Part shown: piece after piece, positions 24,353 to 34,831 of the stretch
Position numbering within the stretch: the stretch's first letter is position 1
How the letters are laid out: each line of letters starts with the position of its first letter
Virus record (IMG/VR): IMGVR_UViG_3300042937_000802
Location: 1-64,000 of that record
DNA length: 64,000 nucleotides
Origin: a virus
Direction: 5' to 3' (one strand)
Notes under the pieces: generated by a model
Databases searched by the model: none
The model's input: the letters and a program-made list of their open reading frames with translations, nothing else
Told to the model about the DNA's origin: nothing
Position numbers and translations under genes: made by a program

Positions 24353-27300
24353 ATGGCATCTATTTTTTCAAATAATAATCAATCAAACTTTAAAGATACT
24401 CCACCTACAATAAGGTATGAGCCTAAACTTTATCAAGACACTTTACAAAAGTGTTCAGACATATACCCGCAAGAATGTTGCGATTGTATGTTTAAAAATG
24501 ATACAAGTAATGATTGTTATCAACAATTTGGAATTGGTTGTGAGCAATTAGCAAAATCAAAATGTGCCGAGTGTGGTGGTGCTTGCTCAAATATATGTGA
24601 TCCAGATTACGGATCTGATTTGGTTCCTCCACCAAATCGTTCTTTGGCTACTTGCAATGAATTAATTGGTAATAATTGTATTAATTATTTAAGAGATCTA
24701 AATGTTATTCCTACCCCACAATTGGGTTCAAGTAATGAAATTGTTGGGATTGAATGCAGTCGTTTGATTGGATTATTATGTGGAAATAGTCCTTTTCAAA
24801 CATGTAATGGTACTAGTGGATTGTGTTCAAGACCCGATCTACCCCCAATAAAAGACAGCCCATGTATAGATTTTTGTAATAGATGTCATCCTTGTCCTTC
24901 AGGTGGTTCAAATCCAGTAGGAGACTCAACCGAACAAACAGATAATCCTGGAGGTTCTTCAGGAGAAGATAATGGCAATAATAATGGATGTGCCGGACAA
25001 CCATGTGATCCCCCAGATCCAAATGACTGTAGGCAATGTATAGCTGGATTGGGAGTACCTAGATCAGAACCTCTAGATATAATGTATAGACATACTGCAT
25101 GCCATTTTATATGGTATCCCCCGGAATATGCTTTTGGTGGAGATCCAAATGTCACGCAATGTCAGGGATTTCAATCACGTGGACAAGGTGGCGGAAATTC
25201 ACGTGTTTTATCATGCAATCCAGATGCTACTCCAACTGGTAACGGGACTGTTGGAGCTTCTCCAAGTTTAAGTTTATTTGATAGAAGCTGTGAAGCTGGT
25301 TATAGTCCTGAATTGTGGCCTCTTAGACCTTGTAATTGTCGTAAATTTGCACATTTAAAAGGAGGATTGACAGACACTGTATTTAAGAGAGAAAATATTT
25401 CAACAAAACCATTTAGTTATGGTTATTTGCCTTTTATGAATCCCTTTGCAACACCAATGAATATAAGTGAAATTGGGTGTTGTTGGTGTGCATCCCCAGA
25501 TAAATTGCCCAGTTCAGATTCTGTAAATGATAGAATTTTTACCACATCATGGCCAAAGGCTGCTCAAAAATATGGTGCAGGAAATTTTGGTGCTGCTGGT
25601 GCATCATGTACGCCATACACACCGGGGGAAAATAATGATCCAGTAACATATAATTCAAAATATCAAAAATCTTGTTTTGCTTATGGTATATCACCTTATT
25701 TACAGCGCCTTGCACTACTGGGTGATCCAAATTATGGGCCATATAAATCAGGGTTTGATATTTGGACTTTTGGTGGTACTGATCAAATAAGAGATTTGGG
25801 ACCTTTATATTCTGTATATCAGTTTTTAAATATTACACAACCAGGTAGTGTAAATGAATATACTATAAAATATAGAGAAATTACTGGTCAAAAATCAAGA
25901 TTAAGAGATTCTTTAGTTGGTTTTATAACACTAGAACATCATTTTGAAGCATGGGCACACAGATCAAATGATGGTGCTCTTCATCCAGATTTAGTACCTA
26001 ATTTAAATCATGCAAATGTTTTAACAACTCCTTTTGAACGTGCTTATTCAGGATACATAACACCAGTTGGTTCTGCATCACAAGGAATATCAGCTAAATT
26101 TAGATATCATCCAGAAGAGGCTTTAAGATGGTCTTTAATGAGAACTACACCGAGAAGATTTATGTATGTTGGTTCTCAAATACCACTATTTCATTTTGAT
26201 TTATATGCATTTCAAGATTATTCTATAAATAATAATTACGTTGTTGGTGGCGGATATTTTGATTCGGCTAGATTTTTAAAAGCTTATTATAATTATTTTT
26301 ATAGTTTATCTGAAAATCCTTCACAATCTGCTACAAATGCTTCTACACCAATAAAAATTGGAGGTACGGTTTTAATTGATGATTATAACTATGTAATAGA
26401 ATCATTAGAGGGAATGGTTGTTGCTGGAATACTTAGAGTAAAAGATCATGCTATTGATATAGCAACTGAAACAACTCAGATAATACAGTCAGCGAGTTAT
26501 GATAATGATGGTGAACTTGTTTTAAATCCTTATGTATCTGCAGTTGTTGGTGGTGCATCTGGTTATATGGCTTTAGTAGAGTTTTTAGGAGTTGAACCTA
26601 TCACAGGTTCAGTAACTCCAAAAATTATTAAACAAAAATTACTTCCAAATTTTAATGGAACTGGTAGTGAACCTACTAAAGATATGTTTATGTTTCCACG
26701 TAGAGCAACTTTGCCAGTATATCTTGAAGGAAATCGAGTAGCAGCATGGGGATGCAAAAATAATAGTTGCTCTGATTTTAATTATAATCAAAGTGTTGTG
26801 CCCGGGCGCCTGATACCGGGTGGATCTAATATTCCAGCCAATGAACAGTGGATAACAAAATCAATAGTAAGCGTATATAGCGGTTTAAATACCAACTATT
26901 TCATAACATATAATGGAAAAATTGCAGCATCTGGATATTCTTTAGATGGTTTAGCTGAAATTCCGGAAGATATTGGTGTACAAATTGATAATGAAACAGC
27001 TAATAGTGATACTAAAAGTGGATTTGTTAAAAAATTAGGTGGTAAAGGTATAGGTTTTGAAATTGCTTTAATAGAATATCCTGAATTTTATGATTACAAT
27101 TATTGTAATGTTAGTGGTAGTCCCTGTGAGTATTCTAATGGTGGTGATATATGCGGTCCTGGTTTTCCACCACCAGAGCGTGATCCAAATGCTCCACTAC
27201 CTCAATATAAATTAAGATCATGGGGTGATAATCACTGCGAATATGGCACATTTATTATTGGTAATAATGATCTTTTAAACAAAACCCATAGATGGGCTGA

Positions 27301-29878
27301 TGTTGCAAATGGCGGATTACATACTTCAGCAATATCATCATATGGTAACTTATATACTGTAGGTGATAATGCATATAACCAATTAAAATATGGCAATCAA
27401 TCTGAAACTCTTTTTCTTGGAGCTCTATCAACACATCTTGCAAAACCAGGATTTGTTTCTGATAATGAATTTGATGTTGCAATTGATCCTAATAATATTA
27501 ATTCATTTGCAGTAGAACTAAATGGTATAACCTATGTTAATTTAAACAGATGGTGTCAATATTCATCGACTCAAGAAGTTCCACCCGCAGATAAAAGATG
27601 TAAATTACTTGATCCAGAAAATTTAGATGTTGATCTTCCTATTTTTACAAATATTGGTTCTGGTAATTATCACAGTGTTGCTATTCAAAGTGATAATCAA
27701 GTTAGAGTGTGGGGAAAATACTTATATTTAAATCCACTTGGAACACCATATGGCACTCCATATGATACTTTTGTTCCAGCTGAAGTTAAAGCATTGGCTG
27801 ACAAATGGGATGTTTCATATTATGGGGCATCAGAATTGCCTTCGGGAGATTATAGTTATATCTCTAAAGGTGCTACACTAGCATCTATACACAGTGAAAA
27901 TGATACATTTCTTTTTGCTGATGGTGGTCCAGATTATAGTATGGTTGCAAATAACAATACAGTATATGTCTGGGGTAGAACGGAAATGCTCCCAACTTGG
28001 AAGTCTACGGATACTGAATCAACTTTTGGTAGTTGGAGTAAATCATTTGACGGAGAAATTATAAGAATTACTGCTGGTGCAAATGGATTTGCTGTTTTAT
28101 ATAAATTAAATAATGAAACTTCAAATGCTGGTTTTGGAAATAATAATTATAGAGTAAATAAAACTTATATATGGACTCGTAAAGGACAAGAAACTCCACC
28201 CGATGGTGATAAATATGGTTTAATACCAACAGATGATGAAGATATAAGTGAATTTGGTTATAGTGATATAGCATTTGGTTACGGGCATGCAATAGCACTA
28301 AAATATGCTAATATTGCAGCACCCACATGGGATTACGATGACTTTAAAGATCCAGAGGCAAAAAAGAATCAATTTTTAGCTGGATCTTCAAATATTCCAA
28401 AATATTTTAAAAGACAAGCATTTTTTAGAGCAGTTCCCGGAGCTTGGGATTTTTCAAAATGGTTATGGGGTGGATATTGTAGTTTTGCAGCAGAAGGATT
28501 CGAAGCAAATAACCCAGTACTGGCCAGAGATCTTTGTAGTGTATTGGGTGAACCAGATCCAACAGATGCAACTGGTTTAAGAAATGACAACTATTCATAT
28601 AGTGGTCATCCTGAATATTATTGGATGAGTCCTTTGTTAAGACGTTATCAAAACTTTGTTCCCAACCACAGTGTGCAACCATCTCCCGAGACAAATGAAT
28701 GTTTAACATATGCTGCATTTGGTAGCGCTATTACTAATCCAGATCTTGCTGGAATGAATAGTGGAGTAAACGGAGCAGCATCTTCATGTCCTGAAAAAGC
28801 AGACGTTTGTTGGCAGGCAACCGGATTACCTCAACAGAGAACAAGTACATATTGGGCACCGCAAAACCCAGACTGTAATGGTGTGTGTGATAATTCGTGT
28901 GATAGAAGTGCTTGTATTAGAAATTGTTGTCCCCTTGCATCAGAAACTACTCTAGCTGCTACATGTACACAGTGTATTGGTAGAATAGGATTTAATTCTA
29001 GTAAAGATTACTTTATACAATCGTATAAAAATTTTAGTAAACAAAGGGAATGTTGTAGAGTAATTTATACAAATATAAGTTATGTTAATTATGCATCACG
29101 ATTAACATATTTTGGATGGGATAGTGCATCTGCTACTTTTAAAATATTTTTTACAAAAGATCCATATAGATTTAGTGATCTTATTCCAAGTAATGCCAAT
29201 ACTTCATATAAACTTGCTAATGGTTTAATATATCCTTATGTATATCTTGGTGGTGAGATATTAAGAAAATTATGGTCATCTTTTTTTACTGCTATATATG
29301 GAGATGATGGAACTGGAAGAACATGTGAAAATACTGGAGATGTATGTTTAGCAAGAAATCCAAAAGAAACAATTTTGGGACCAGGTGGTTGGTTATGGGC
29401 GAGTACTAATAGTCCAACTGGAAGACCTTCGACAAACGAACAGGGTGATTTTGTCAATAGCATATGGTCTTATCCTGTAGCTGCTCCATTAGTATCACCT
29501 TATGCTCTTTTAGGTGCATATACATATGGTGGTACATCAACCGGTGCAATAGTACCAGATGGATCTACAATACCAACTGACATAAAAATATTTAATCCAG
29601 ATAATCCAAATGCATATGCTCCCGTTTATGGTAGTCCATCATCAAAGAAATGGCATAAAATAAATGTAACTAGACCAAATATTTATGCTGCCGGCGATAA
29701 TGAATTCTCAAATTTTGATCCTATAGCATTTCAAGGTGGTGTGGAAGAAGGAGATATAACTGGCACGGCAAATATTGTATTTTATGAATATTATGAAACA
29801 GATAAAGATGGTAATAGAGTAAGAAATATAATTATAAAATCTGGTAATATAAATTGCATTGGCATTGACGACGGATAA
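24353..29878 (+). CDS. Giant Cys-rich protein with RCC1-like repeats (probable virion/receptor-binding)
   Basis: GGLHTSAISSYGNLYTVGDNAYNQL, GSGNYHSVAIQSDNQVRVWG, GGPDYSMVANNNTVYVWG, FGYGHAIAL; many Cys clusters. Confidence 0.75.
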   Translation: MASIFSNNNQSNFKDTPPTIRYEPKLYQDTLQKCSDIYPQECCDCMFKNDTSNDCYQQFGIGCEQLAKSKCAECGGACSNICDPDYGSDLVPPPNRSLATCNELIGNNCINYLRDLNVIPTPQLGSSNEIVGIECSRLIGLLCGNSPFQTCNGTSGLCSRPDLPPIKDSPCIDFCNRCHPCPSGGSNPVGDSTEQTDNPGGSSGEDNGNNNGCAGQPCDPPDPNDCRQCIAGLGVPRSEPLDIMYRHTACHFIWYPPEYAFGGDPNVTQCQGFQSRGQGGGNSRVLSCNPDATPTGNGTVGASPSLSLFDRSCEAGYSPELWPLRPCNCRKFAHLKGGLTDTVFKRENISTKPFSYGYLPFMNPFATPMNISEIGCCWCASPDKLPSSDSVNDRIFTTSWPKAAQKYGAGNFGAAGASCTPYTPGENNDPVTYNSKYQKSCFAYGISPYLQRLALLGDPNYGPYKSGFDIWTFGGTDQIRDLGPLYSVYQFLNITQPGSVNEYTIKYREITGQKSRLRDSLVGFITLEHHFEAWAHRSNDGALHPDLVPNLNHANVLTTPFERAYSGYITPVGSASQGISAKFRYHPEEALRWSLMRTTPRRFMYVGSQIPLFHFDLYAFQDYSINNNYVVGGGYFDSARFLKAYYNYFYSLSENPSQSATNASTPIKIGGTVLIDDYNYVIESLEGMVVAGILRVKDHAIDIATETTQIIQSASYDNDGELVLNPYVSAVVGGASGYMALVEFLGVEPITGSVTPKIIKQKLLPNFNGTGSEPTKDMFMFPRRATLPVYLEGNRVAAWGCKNNSCSDFNYNQSVVPGRLIPGGSNIPANEQWITKSIVSVYSGLNTNYFITYNGKIAASGYSLDGLAEIPEDIGVQIDNETANSDTKSGFVKKLGGKGIGFEIALIEYPEFYDYNYCNVSGSPCEYSNGGDICGPGFPPPERDPNAPLPQYKLRSWGDNHCEYGTFIIGNNDLLNKTHRWADVANGGLHTSAISSYGNLYTVGDNAYNQLKYGNQSETLFLGALSTHLAKPGFVSDNEFDVAIDPNNINSFAVELNGITYVNLNRWCQYSSTQEVPPADKRCKLLDPENLDVDLPIFTNIGSGNYHSVAIQSDNQVRVWGKYLYLNPLGTPYGTPYDTFVPAEVKALADKWDVSYYGASELPSGDYSYISKGATLASIHSENDTFLFADGGPDYSMVANNNTVYVWGRTEMLPTWKSTDTESTFGSWSKSFDGEIIRITAGANGFAVLYKLNNETSNAGFGNNNYRVNKTYIWTRKGQETPPDGDKYGLIPTDDEDISEFGYSDIAFGYGHAIALKYANIAAPTWDYDDFKDPEAKKNQFLAGSSNIPKYFKRQAFFRAVPGAWDFSKWLWGGYCSFAAEGFEANNPVLARDLCSVLGEPDPTDATGLRNDNYSYSGHPEYYWMSPLLRRYQNFVPNHSVQPSPETNECLTYAAFGSAITNPDLAGMNSGVNGAASSCPEKADVCWQATGLPQQRTSTYWAPQNPDCNGVCDNSCDRSACIRNCCPLASETTLAATCTQCIGRIGFNSSKDYFIQSYKNFSKQRECCRVIYTNISYVNYASRLTYFGWDSASATFKIFFTKDPYRFSDLIPSNANTSYKLANGLIYPYVYLGGEILRKLWSSFFTAIYGDDGTGRTCENTGDVCLARNPKETILGPGGWLWASTNSPTGRPSTNEQGDFVNSIWSYPVAAPLVSPYALLGAYTYGGTSTGAIVPDGSTIPTDIKIFNPDNPNAYAPVYGSPSSKKWHKINVTRPNIYAAGDNEFSNFDPIAFQGGVEEGDITGTANIVFYEYYETDKDGNRVRNIIIKSGNINCIGIDDG

Positions 29879-29905
29879 AGATATAAATAAAAATGGAGTG
29901 TATAT

Positions 29906-30394
29906 ATGTTTATTGATAGATTTACTTTTAATACTAATGTAACTGAAGATGGAAGAGGTTCTACGGTAGCGATACCAAACTATGAAAATCCAAAAGATAA
30001 AATGTATCCAAATTTTATCTTTAAAAAACGATTATCATATGAATTTAAAATTGAAAAAATGTTTGGTATTGTAAAGAAGTATGTTGGATTTGGTGATATA
30101 ATTGAATATATAACCAAACATACTGGAATAAAATACCTTATTGTTAAAATAACAAAAGGCAATTGTGGTTGTGAAAAAAGAAGAAAACGTTTTAATGCGT
30201 TGCTGCAAATACCTTATTTTTCTTTTTATTATAAAGATACCACTATTTTAGATGTTGACAATTCAATAAAACATGTTAATATGTTTACATCAAACACCCC
30301 GCCAATGGATGAAAATATGCAAAAAGAAATTCTTTCCAAAAGAAAACCATGTGGATGTGGTGCTAAAATGACACGACCTGTGGAGACAAAGTGA
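29906..30394 (+). CDS. Hypothetical protein with GxGD...CGCxxR motif
   Basis: GFGDIIEYITKHTGIK...NCGCEKRRKRFN; C-terminal PCGCG. Confidence 0.7.
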   Translation: MFIDRFTFNTNVTEDGRGSTVAIPNYENPKDKMYPNFIFKKRLSYEFKIEKMFGIVKKYVGFGDIIEYITKHTGIKYLIVKITKGNCGCEKRRKRFNALLQIPYFSFYYKDTTILDVDNSIKHVNMFTSNTPPMDENMQKEILSKRKPCGCGAKMTRPVETK

Positions 30395-30663
30395 AAATTA
30401 AATTTATAAAAATATCGCAAAGTGAAGAGATAATTGCCGAGTGCACAGATAAAAACAACGGTGTCTTTATTAAAGACGCTGCTGTCATTGTATCTTTAGA
30501 ATTGGGAAAAATTAATCTTGTAACTTGGTTACCTTATACAAAAGTACAAGATGGTTTTTTTCTTCCAGAAAAAGCCTACTTGTTCATAGCAGATGTTCAA
30601 GATGACATGGCTGAGTATTACAATAAATGGCGTACTGAACCTTTTGCACTTAATAAAAATTAA
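30391..30663 (+). CDS. Sm-like small protein, paralog of 19329..19637
   Basis: IKFIKISQSEEIIA...VTWLPY. Confidence 0.7.
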   Translation: MKIKFIKISQSEEIIAECTDKNNGVFIKDAAVIVSLELGKINLVTWLPYTKVQDGFFLPEKAYLFIADVQDDMAEYYNKWRTEPFALNKN

Positions 30664-31970
30664 GCAATATTTATTCTAAGAACATTTGTTGTGTTCTTTT
30701 TAATTTGCATGAATATGGTCTTTGAAGAGTATGCTCTGTCTACCATATAGATAAAGGATGCTCCTTCGTAGCCAGGTTCGCCTAAAAGATAATAATTTTC
30801 AATTAAAGGTTGAGTGCAGTTACTGTCTAAAAATAGATTTATTACAGCACTTTTATTTTCCGCATGTGAAAGATCAATTTTAATTGGAGCAACTGCAGTA
30901 TTACTGTTAATTGATAATGTTTCCGTTTCACTATTATCAATATAAATTACATCATTATATTGGTTGGTTCCAAGAAACTCTGAAATATTAAAACCATCAG
31001 TATTAAAAGAAATAAAATACGAAGTTTTGATTTTTAATATAAAGATATTTGAGTAAGAAATAGAAATATTTTTATAATCTACAATGCTTTCTGTATTGGC
31101 ATTGATTGTCTTTAATGTGCTATTCGGATAATAGTAATATACATTTGCAGTATCTAGTTGTTGTCTTAATGCATGTTGTAAAATGTTTTGGTTTTCCAAT
31201 AACATTGAAACAATACCAGAAGTTGCTCCAGCAATTTTAATTACACCATTTTGCAATGGATTCGTAGCCAACACAGCTAGCGAAGGAAGACCTCTGTGCA
31301 ATATATCAACTTGAGATTTATTAAAAAATCTATTTTCATTGGTTACTGGATTTGTAAGATAAATTACTTCTGTATTATCATTTAACTTTACGTAATTTTT
31401 TACTTTAAGTCTTCCAGAGTTTAATGTACTACCAATAACTTCTACGTATTCTTCAAATCCATAATCTGAACCATATACTCCAAAGAAATCAAAATTTAAT
31501 GGACTGCTTCTAGGTGTATTTGATATTAACATATGGGCAGTATTGCCCGTTGTTGCAGTAAACTGTATAGGATTTGTAAAATTTTTACTTACGTAATATC
31601 CACCAGTAAGAGCTGCAGTGCCCGTAACACCAGAGCACGAGATATATTGTTTAAAAGTTCCAGATACACTTTGTAACTGCAATGTACCATTCCAGTTTAT
31701 ACTGGAAGAAGTAGCATCGTTGTAATATACTCCACTAGAAAAATTAAAAGTACTTCCAGTTGTAAGCCCATTGAAGAATTTATTTAAAAACTTTAAATCA
31801 TTTCCAGTTTTTACTTCAGAATAATCAAAGAACAACGAGTTACCAGTAACAAAAATATTAGCAGAACCATTCAGATTACCTTTTGTAAAACAAGGATCTG
31901 CCGTATTACCAACAAATTGTGTTGTGTATGAATACGATGTTTTTGCTGTATTTAACGAAAATAAAGACAT
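30660..31970 (-). CDS. Hypothetical virion protein
   Basis: 436 aa, beta-rich, late operon. Confidence 0.7.
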   Translation of the reverse strand: MSLFSLNTAKTSYSYTTQFVGNTADPCFTKGNLNGSANIFVTGNSLFFDYSEVKTGNDLKFLNKFFNGLTTGSTFNFSSGVYYNDATSSSINWNGTLQLQSVSGTFKQYISCSGVTGTAALTGGYYVSKNFTNPIQFTATTGNTAHMLISNTPRSSPLNFDFFGVYGSDYGFEEYVEVIGSTLNSGRLKVKNYVKLNDNTEVIYLTNPVTNENRFFNKSQVDILHRGLPSLAVLATNPLQNGVIKIAGATSGIVSMLLENQNILQHALRQQLDTANVYYYYPNSTLKTINANTESIVDYKNISISYSNIFILKIKTSYFISFNTDGFNISEFLGTNQYNDVIYIDNSETETLSINSNTAVAPIKIDLSHAENKSAVINLFLDSNCTQPLIENYYLLGEPGYEGASFIYMVDRAYSSKTIFMQIKKNTTNVLRINIA

Positions 31971-31971
31971 G

Positions 31972-32919
31972 TTAGGTCGCTAGATAACTAATAATTTGAG
32001 CACCTGATTTTGCTCTGTGGGCCAAAAGACTAGAATTTATTATGTCGATGAATAGCGATTCTCCGGGATCTAGTTCATATCCAAGAGATGTAGTAGATAC
32101 AGTTGTATCAGTAGTAATGTAAATTACATCGGTATTTGTGGATGCAGCTTTTACATTTATTCCGCTCATGCAAGTAAATCCAACAAATTGTGATGATGTT
32201 GTTGTGCTTGTTAACCTATAAGCAGTGCCACCAGTTGGACGAATAACAGCAAATCCACCAAGATCACTTCTTAGACCTACGACCTGACCATAGATGGCAG
32301 TCATACCACTTAGAATATTTGTGTCATTAATTCCAACAGTGTTGCCTACGTTAACTCCTACAGCAGTAGCACCGGAAAGACCAACTACAGTAACAGTAGA
32401 AGGAATGGTGGCAGTAATTGTTGCACCAGCAACGTTAACGTTTAGTGCACCATTGGTGTAACTTAAAGAATTTCCGGCTTGATCTACTAGATTTACATAG
32501 ATGTATGTAAGACCGCTGGGCCCCCATACAGAAACCGAATCTGTAGATTTTCCTAGATAACGACCACCAGTGACTTCTACTTGTGATCCTGTAAAAGTTC
32601 TAACAAATAATGGAGATGAAGTTAGACCAGTTGTGACTACTGAACCAGACACCACCACCGCAGCACCACCTATACCACGTACATCAATGGTTCCTGTGAA
32701 TCCAGAAATAGTGGCAGTCATTCCAGTGGCAATTGTTACTGGAAGTGGATTTGCTGAATTTACAACTGTCGCAGATCCATCGACACCATACCCAAGTTTA
32801 ATGAGTTGGTAGTGACCTGTAATACCGCCTGTACCGACAAAATCGGTCGCAATATATGCGGTTATACCTGCTGTTTGAATTGGAATCGCATCTGATGTTA
32901 CGCCTGTTCCTGATGGCAT
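31972..32919 (-). CDS. Hypothetical virion protein (G/T/V-rich)
   Basis: HYQLIKLGYGVDG...NPLPV; C-terminal GYELDPGESLFI; CTAAATA and GAGG upstream. Confidence 0.7.
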   Translation of the reverse strand: MPSGTGVTSDAIPIQTAGITAYIATDFVGTGGITGHYQLIKLGYGVDGSATVVNSANPLPVTIATGMTATISGFTGTIDVRGIGGAAVVVSGSVVTTGLTSSPLFVRTFTGSQVEVTGGRYLGKSTDSVSVWGPSGLTYIYVNLVDQAGNSLSYTNGALNVNVAGATITATIPSTVTVVGLSGATAVGVNVGNTVGINDTNILSGMTAIYGQVVGLRSDLGGFAVIRPTGGTAYRLTSTTTSSQFVGFTCMSGINVKAASTNTDVIYITTDTTVSTTSLGYELDPGESLFIDIINSSLLAHRAKSGAQIISYLAT

Positions 32920-33002
32920 GGATTAGACCTCGTTAATTAGTTCATGAATATTTAGATGTATTTAATTATTGATTATTGGAATATAACGTATATAATAAAA
33001 CC

Positions 33003-33236
33003 ATGTATATAGATGAAGCAGCAAAAGAAAAATTTTCAAATAAAGTTTTAGATAGAGTAAAATCTACAAAACTAAGTTTTATGGATTGTATACTTGAATT
33101 ATCTGAAGAAATGAATATTGACCCAAGTACGGCTGGTAAACTTATTACTAGACCAATAATTGAAAAAATTCAAATTGAAGCCAGAGACCGCCATTTGCTA
33201 AAGAATGGCAAAACCAAGAAACTCCCAATTGACTAA
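33003..33236 (+). CDS. gp33: Late transcription coactivator gp33
   Basis: SFMDCILELSEEMNID...KLITRPIIEKIQIEA...KLPI; adjacent to gp32. Confidence 0.85.
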   Translation: MYIDEAAKEKFSNKVLDRVKSTKLSFMDCILELSEEMNIDPSTAGKLITRPIIEKIQIEARDRHLLKNGKTKKLPID

Positions 33237-33295
33237 CCATTTAGTTGGGCTATAATTAGAATAGAAAGGCCGAGGTAGGTCCTCGGGAAAATACT

Positions 33296-34153
33296 ATGTC
33301 AAACTTTGCAGATTTTAAGAAGAAGAGTAAGAACTCAGTCGCATCTCTAACCGAGCGTATGGATAAGCTCACCTCTAAGGAGAGTTACAAGGACGAACGT
33401 ATTTGGAAGCCCGGTATCGATAAGTCAGGTAATGGATACGCTGTAATCCGCTTCCTGCCCGAAATTCAGGGTGAAGATACCCCCTTCGTATCAATGTACA
33501 GCCATGCCTTCAAGGGCAAGGGTGGTTGGCTGTTTGAAAACTGCCCCACTACGATTGGTGAGAAGTGCCCAATTTGTCAGGGTAACACTGAACTCTGGAA
33601 CAGTGGTATTGAAGATGACAAGAACATTGCACGGAATCGTAAGCGTAAGTTGGCTTATATCTCCAATATTCTTGTAATCGAAGATCCTGCCAATCCAGAG
33701 AATAAGGGAAAGGTTTTCCTTTACCAGTATGGCACCAAGATCTTCCAGAAGATTCAGAGCCTCGCTCACCCTGAGTATCAGGATGAGGTTGCAGTTGACC
33801 CATTCAACTTCTGGACTGGTGCAGACTTTAAGATCAAGATTCGTAATGTCGGAGGTTACGTCAATTATGATCGGTCAGAATTTGCATCTCCTGCTCCCCT
33901 TCTTGGTGGAGATGACAAGAAGCTAGAGGAACTTTGGAAGAAGCAGTATCCTCTGAAGCCATTTATTGACAAGAGCCAGTTCAAGAGTTACGCAGAACTC
34001 TCTGAGCGTTACAAGAAGGCTGTTGGTGATGATATTCGTGCTCAGTTTACTGAAAGCAAGAGCATTGAGGATGATGTGGCAGACACAGTGGTGTCTGAAG
34101 ACATTGAGGAAAAGGATCCTTTAAAGTACTTCTCCGAGATGGAGAACGATTGA
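33296..34153 (+). CDS. gp32: ssDNA-binding protein gp32
   Basis: DKSGNGYAVIRFLP, ENCPTT, CPIC, YGTKIF, PF.FW.GADFKIKI, NYDRSEF. Confidence 0.97.
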   Translation: MSNFADFKKKSKNSVASLTERMDKLTSKESYKDERIWKPGIDKSGNGYAVIRFLPEIQGEDTPFVSMYSHAFKGKGGWLFENCPTTIGEKCPICQGNTELWNSGIEDDKNIARNRKRKLAYISNILVIEDPANPENKGKVFLYQYGTKIFQKIQSLAHPEYQDEVAVDPFNFWTGADFKIKIRNVGGYVNYDRSEFASPAPLLGGDDKKLEELWKKQYPLKPFIDKSQFKSYAELSERYKKAVGDDIRAQFTESKSIEDDVADTVVSEDIEEKDPLKYFSEMEND

Positions 34154-34154
34154 G

Positions 34155-34180
34155 AAAAGCCCCCGCAAGGGGGCTTTTTT
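34155..34180. terminator. Bidirectional intrinsic terminator
   Basis: AAAAGCCCCC-GCAA-GGGGGCTTTTTT between convergent genes. Confidence 0.85.
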
Positions 34181-34629
34181 TATGCCCAATTTGGGGCTGA
34201 TGATGTTTTAGTTGCTCTATCTAAAAATATTAAATTTGTTGGAGCGATTGTAGGTCTTTCTACCAAATCAGTATTATGATTCTTAGTAGATACATTCATG
34301 TCATTTACTTGCTGTGCAATCTTCTGAAGAGATGGCATGATATTATCTTTAATTTGTTTTTCAATATTTGAAGTTTTAGAATTATCCATGAAACCGGTAT
34401 TAGCCTGCATTGGAATTATTCTGGATTGATTTGGTGCAGCAATAACTGGAGAAACATTTACACTGGTATCCATGGACATCATGGACAGATTTTGAGTACT
34501 AAAAGGAGAAGGAGTGACTGAATATGATGGTTCTGTCATTTCTAGTTTTTGCTCAGATCTTCCTATGGCATCACTGAATACAGTTTTTTCTGCTTCAATG
34601 TTTATTTTTGCTTCATTATTATTATCCAA
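34180..34629 (-). CDS. Hypothetical protein downstream of gp51
   Basis: 149 aa, TTG start overlapping gp51 stop. Confidence 0.6.
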   Translation of the reverse strand: MDNNNEAKINIEAEKTVFSDAIGRSEQKLEMTEPSYSVTPSPFSTQNLSMMSMDTSVNVSPVIAAPNQSRIIPMQANTGFMDNSKTSNIEKQIKDNIMPSLQKIAQQVNDMNVSTKNHNTDLVERPTIAPTNLIFLDRATKTSSAPNWA

Positions 34630-34831
34630 AGTGTTGTCCTGCTGTTTGGTTATGTAATTGTTTTTGTTCTTGTTCTAAATTGTAATTTACCAAAATGTTA
34701 ATATACACTTCTCTCTCCCAAAAATACATATTTTCGATATCTTGAACACTCCATTTTAGTTCTTTCATTAAAGAGAAGTTAGTTTGATAGTAGTCAACCA
34801 CATCAAAGTAACTTGCTGCTAGATAAAAAAA
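34622..34831 (-). CDS. gp51: gp51-like baseplate hub assembly ORF (-1 frame of gp26), not in ORF track
   Basis: FFYLAASYFDVVDYYQTNFSLMKELKWSVQDIENMYFWEREVYINIL...; no ATG before conserved YY..NF. Confidence 0.8.
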   Translation of the reverse strand, partial: FFYLAASYFDVVDYYQTNFSLMKELKWSVQDIENMYFWEREVYINILVNYNLEQEQKQLHNQTAGQHFG

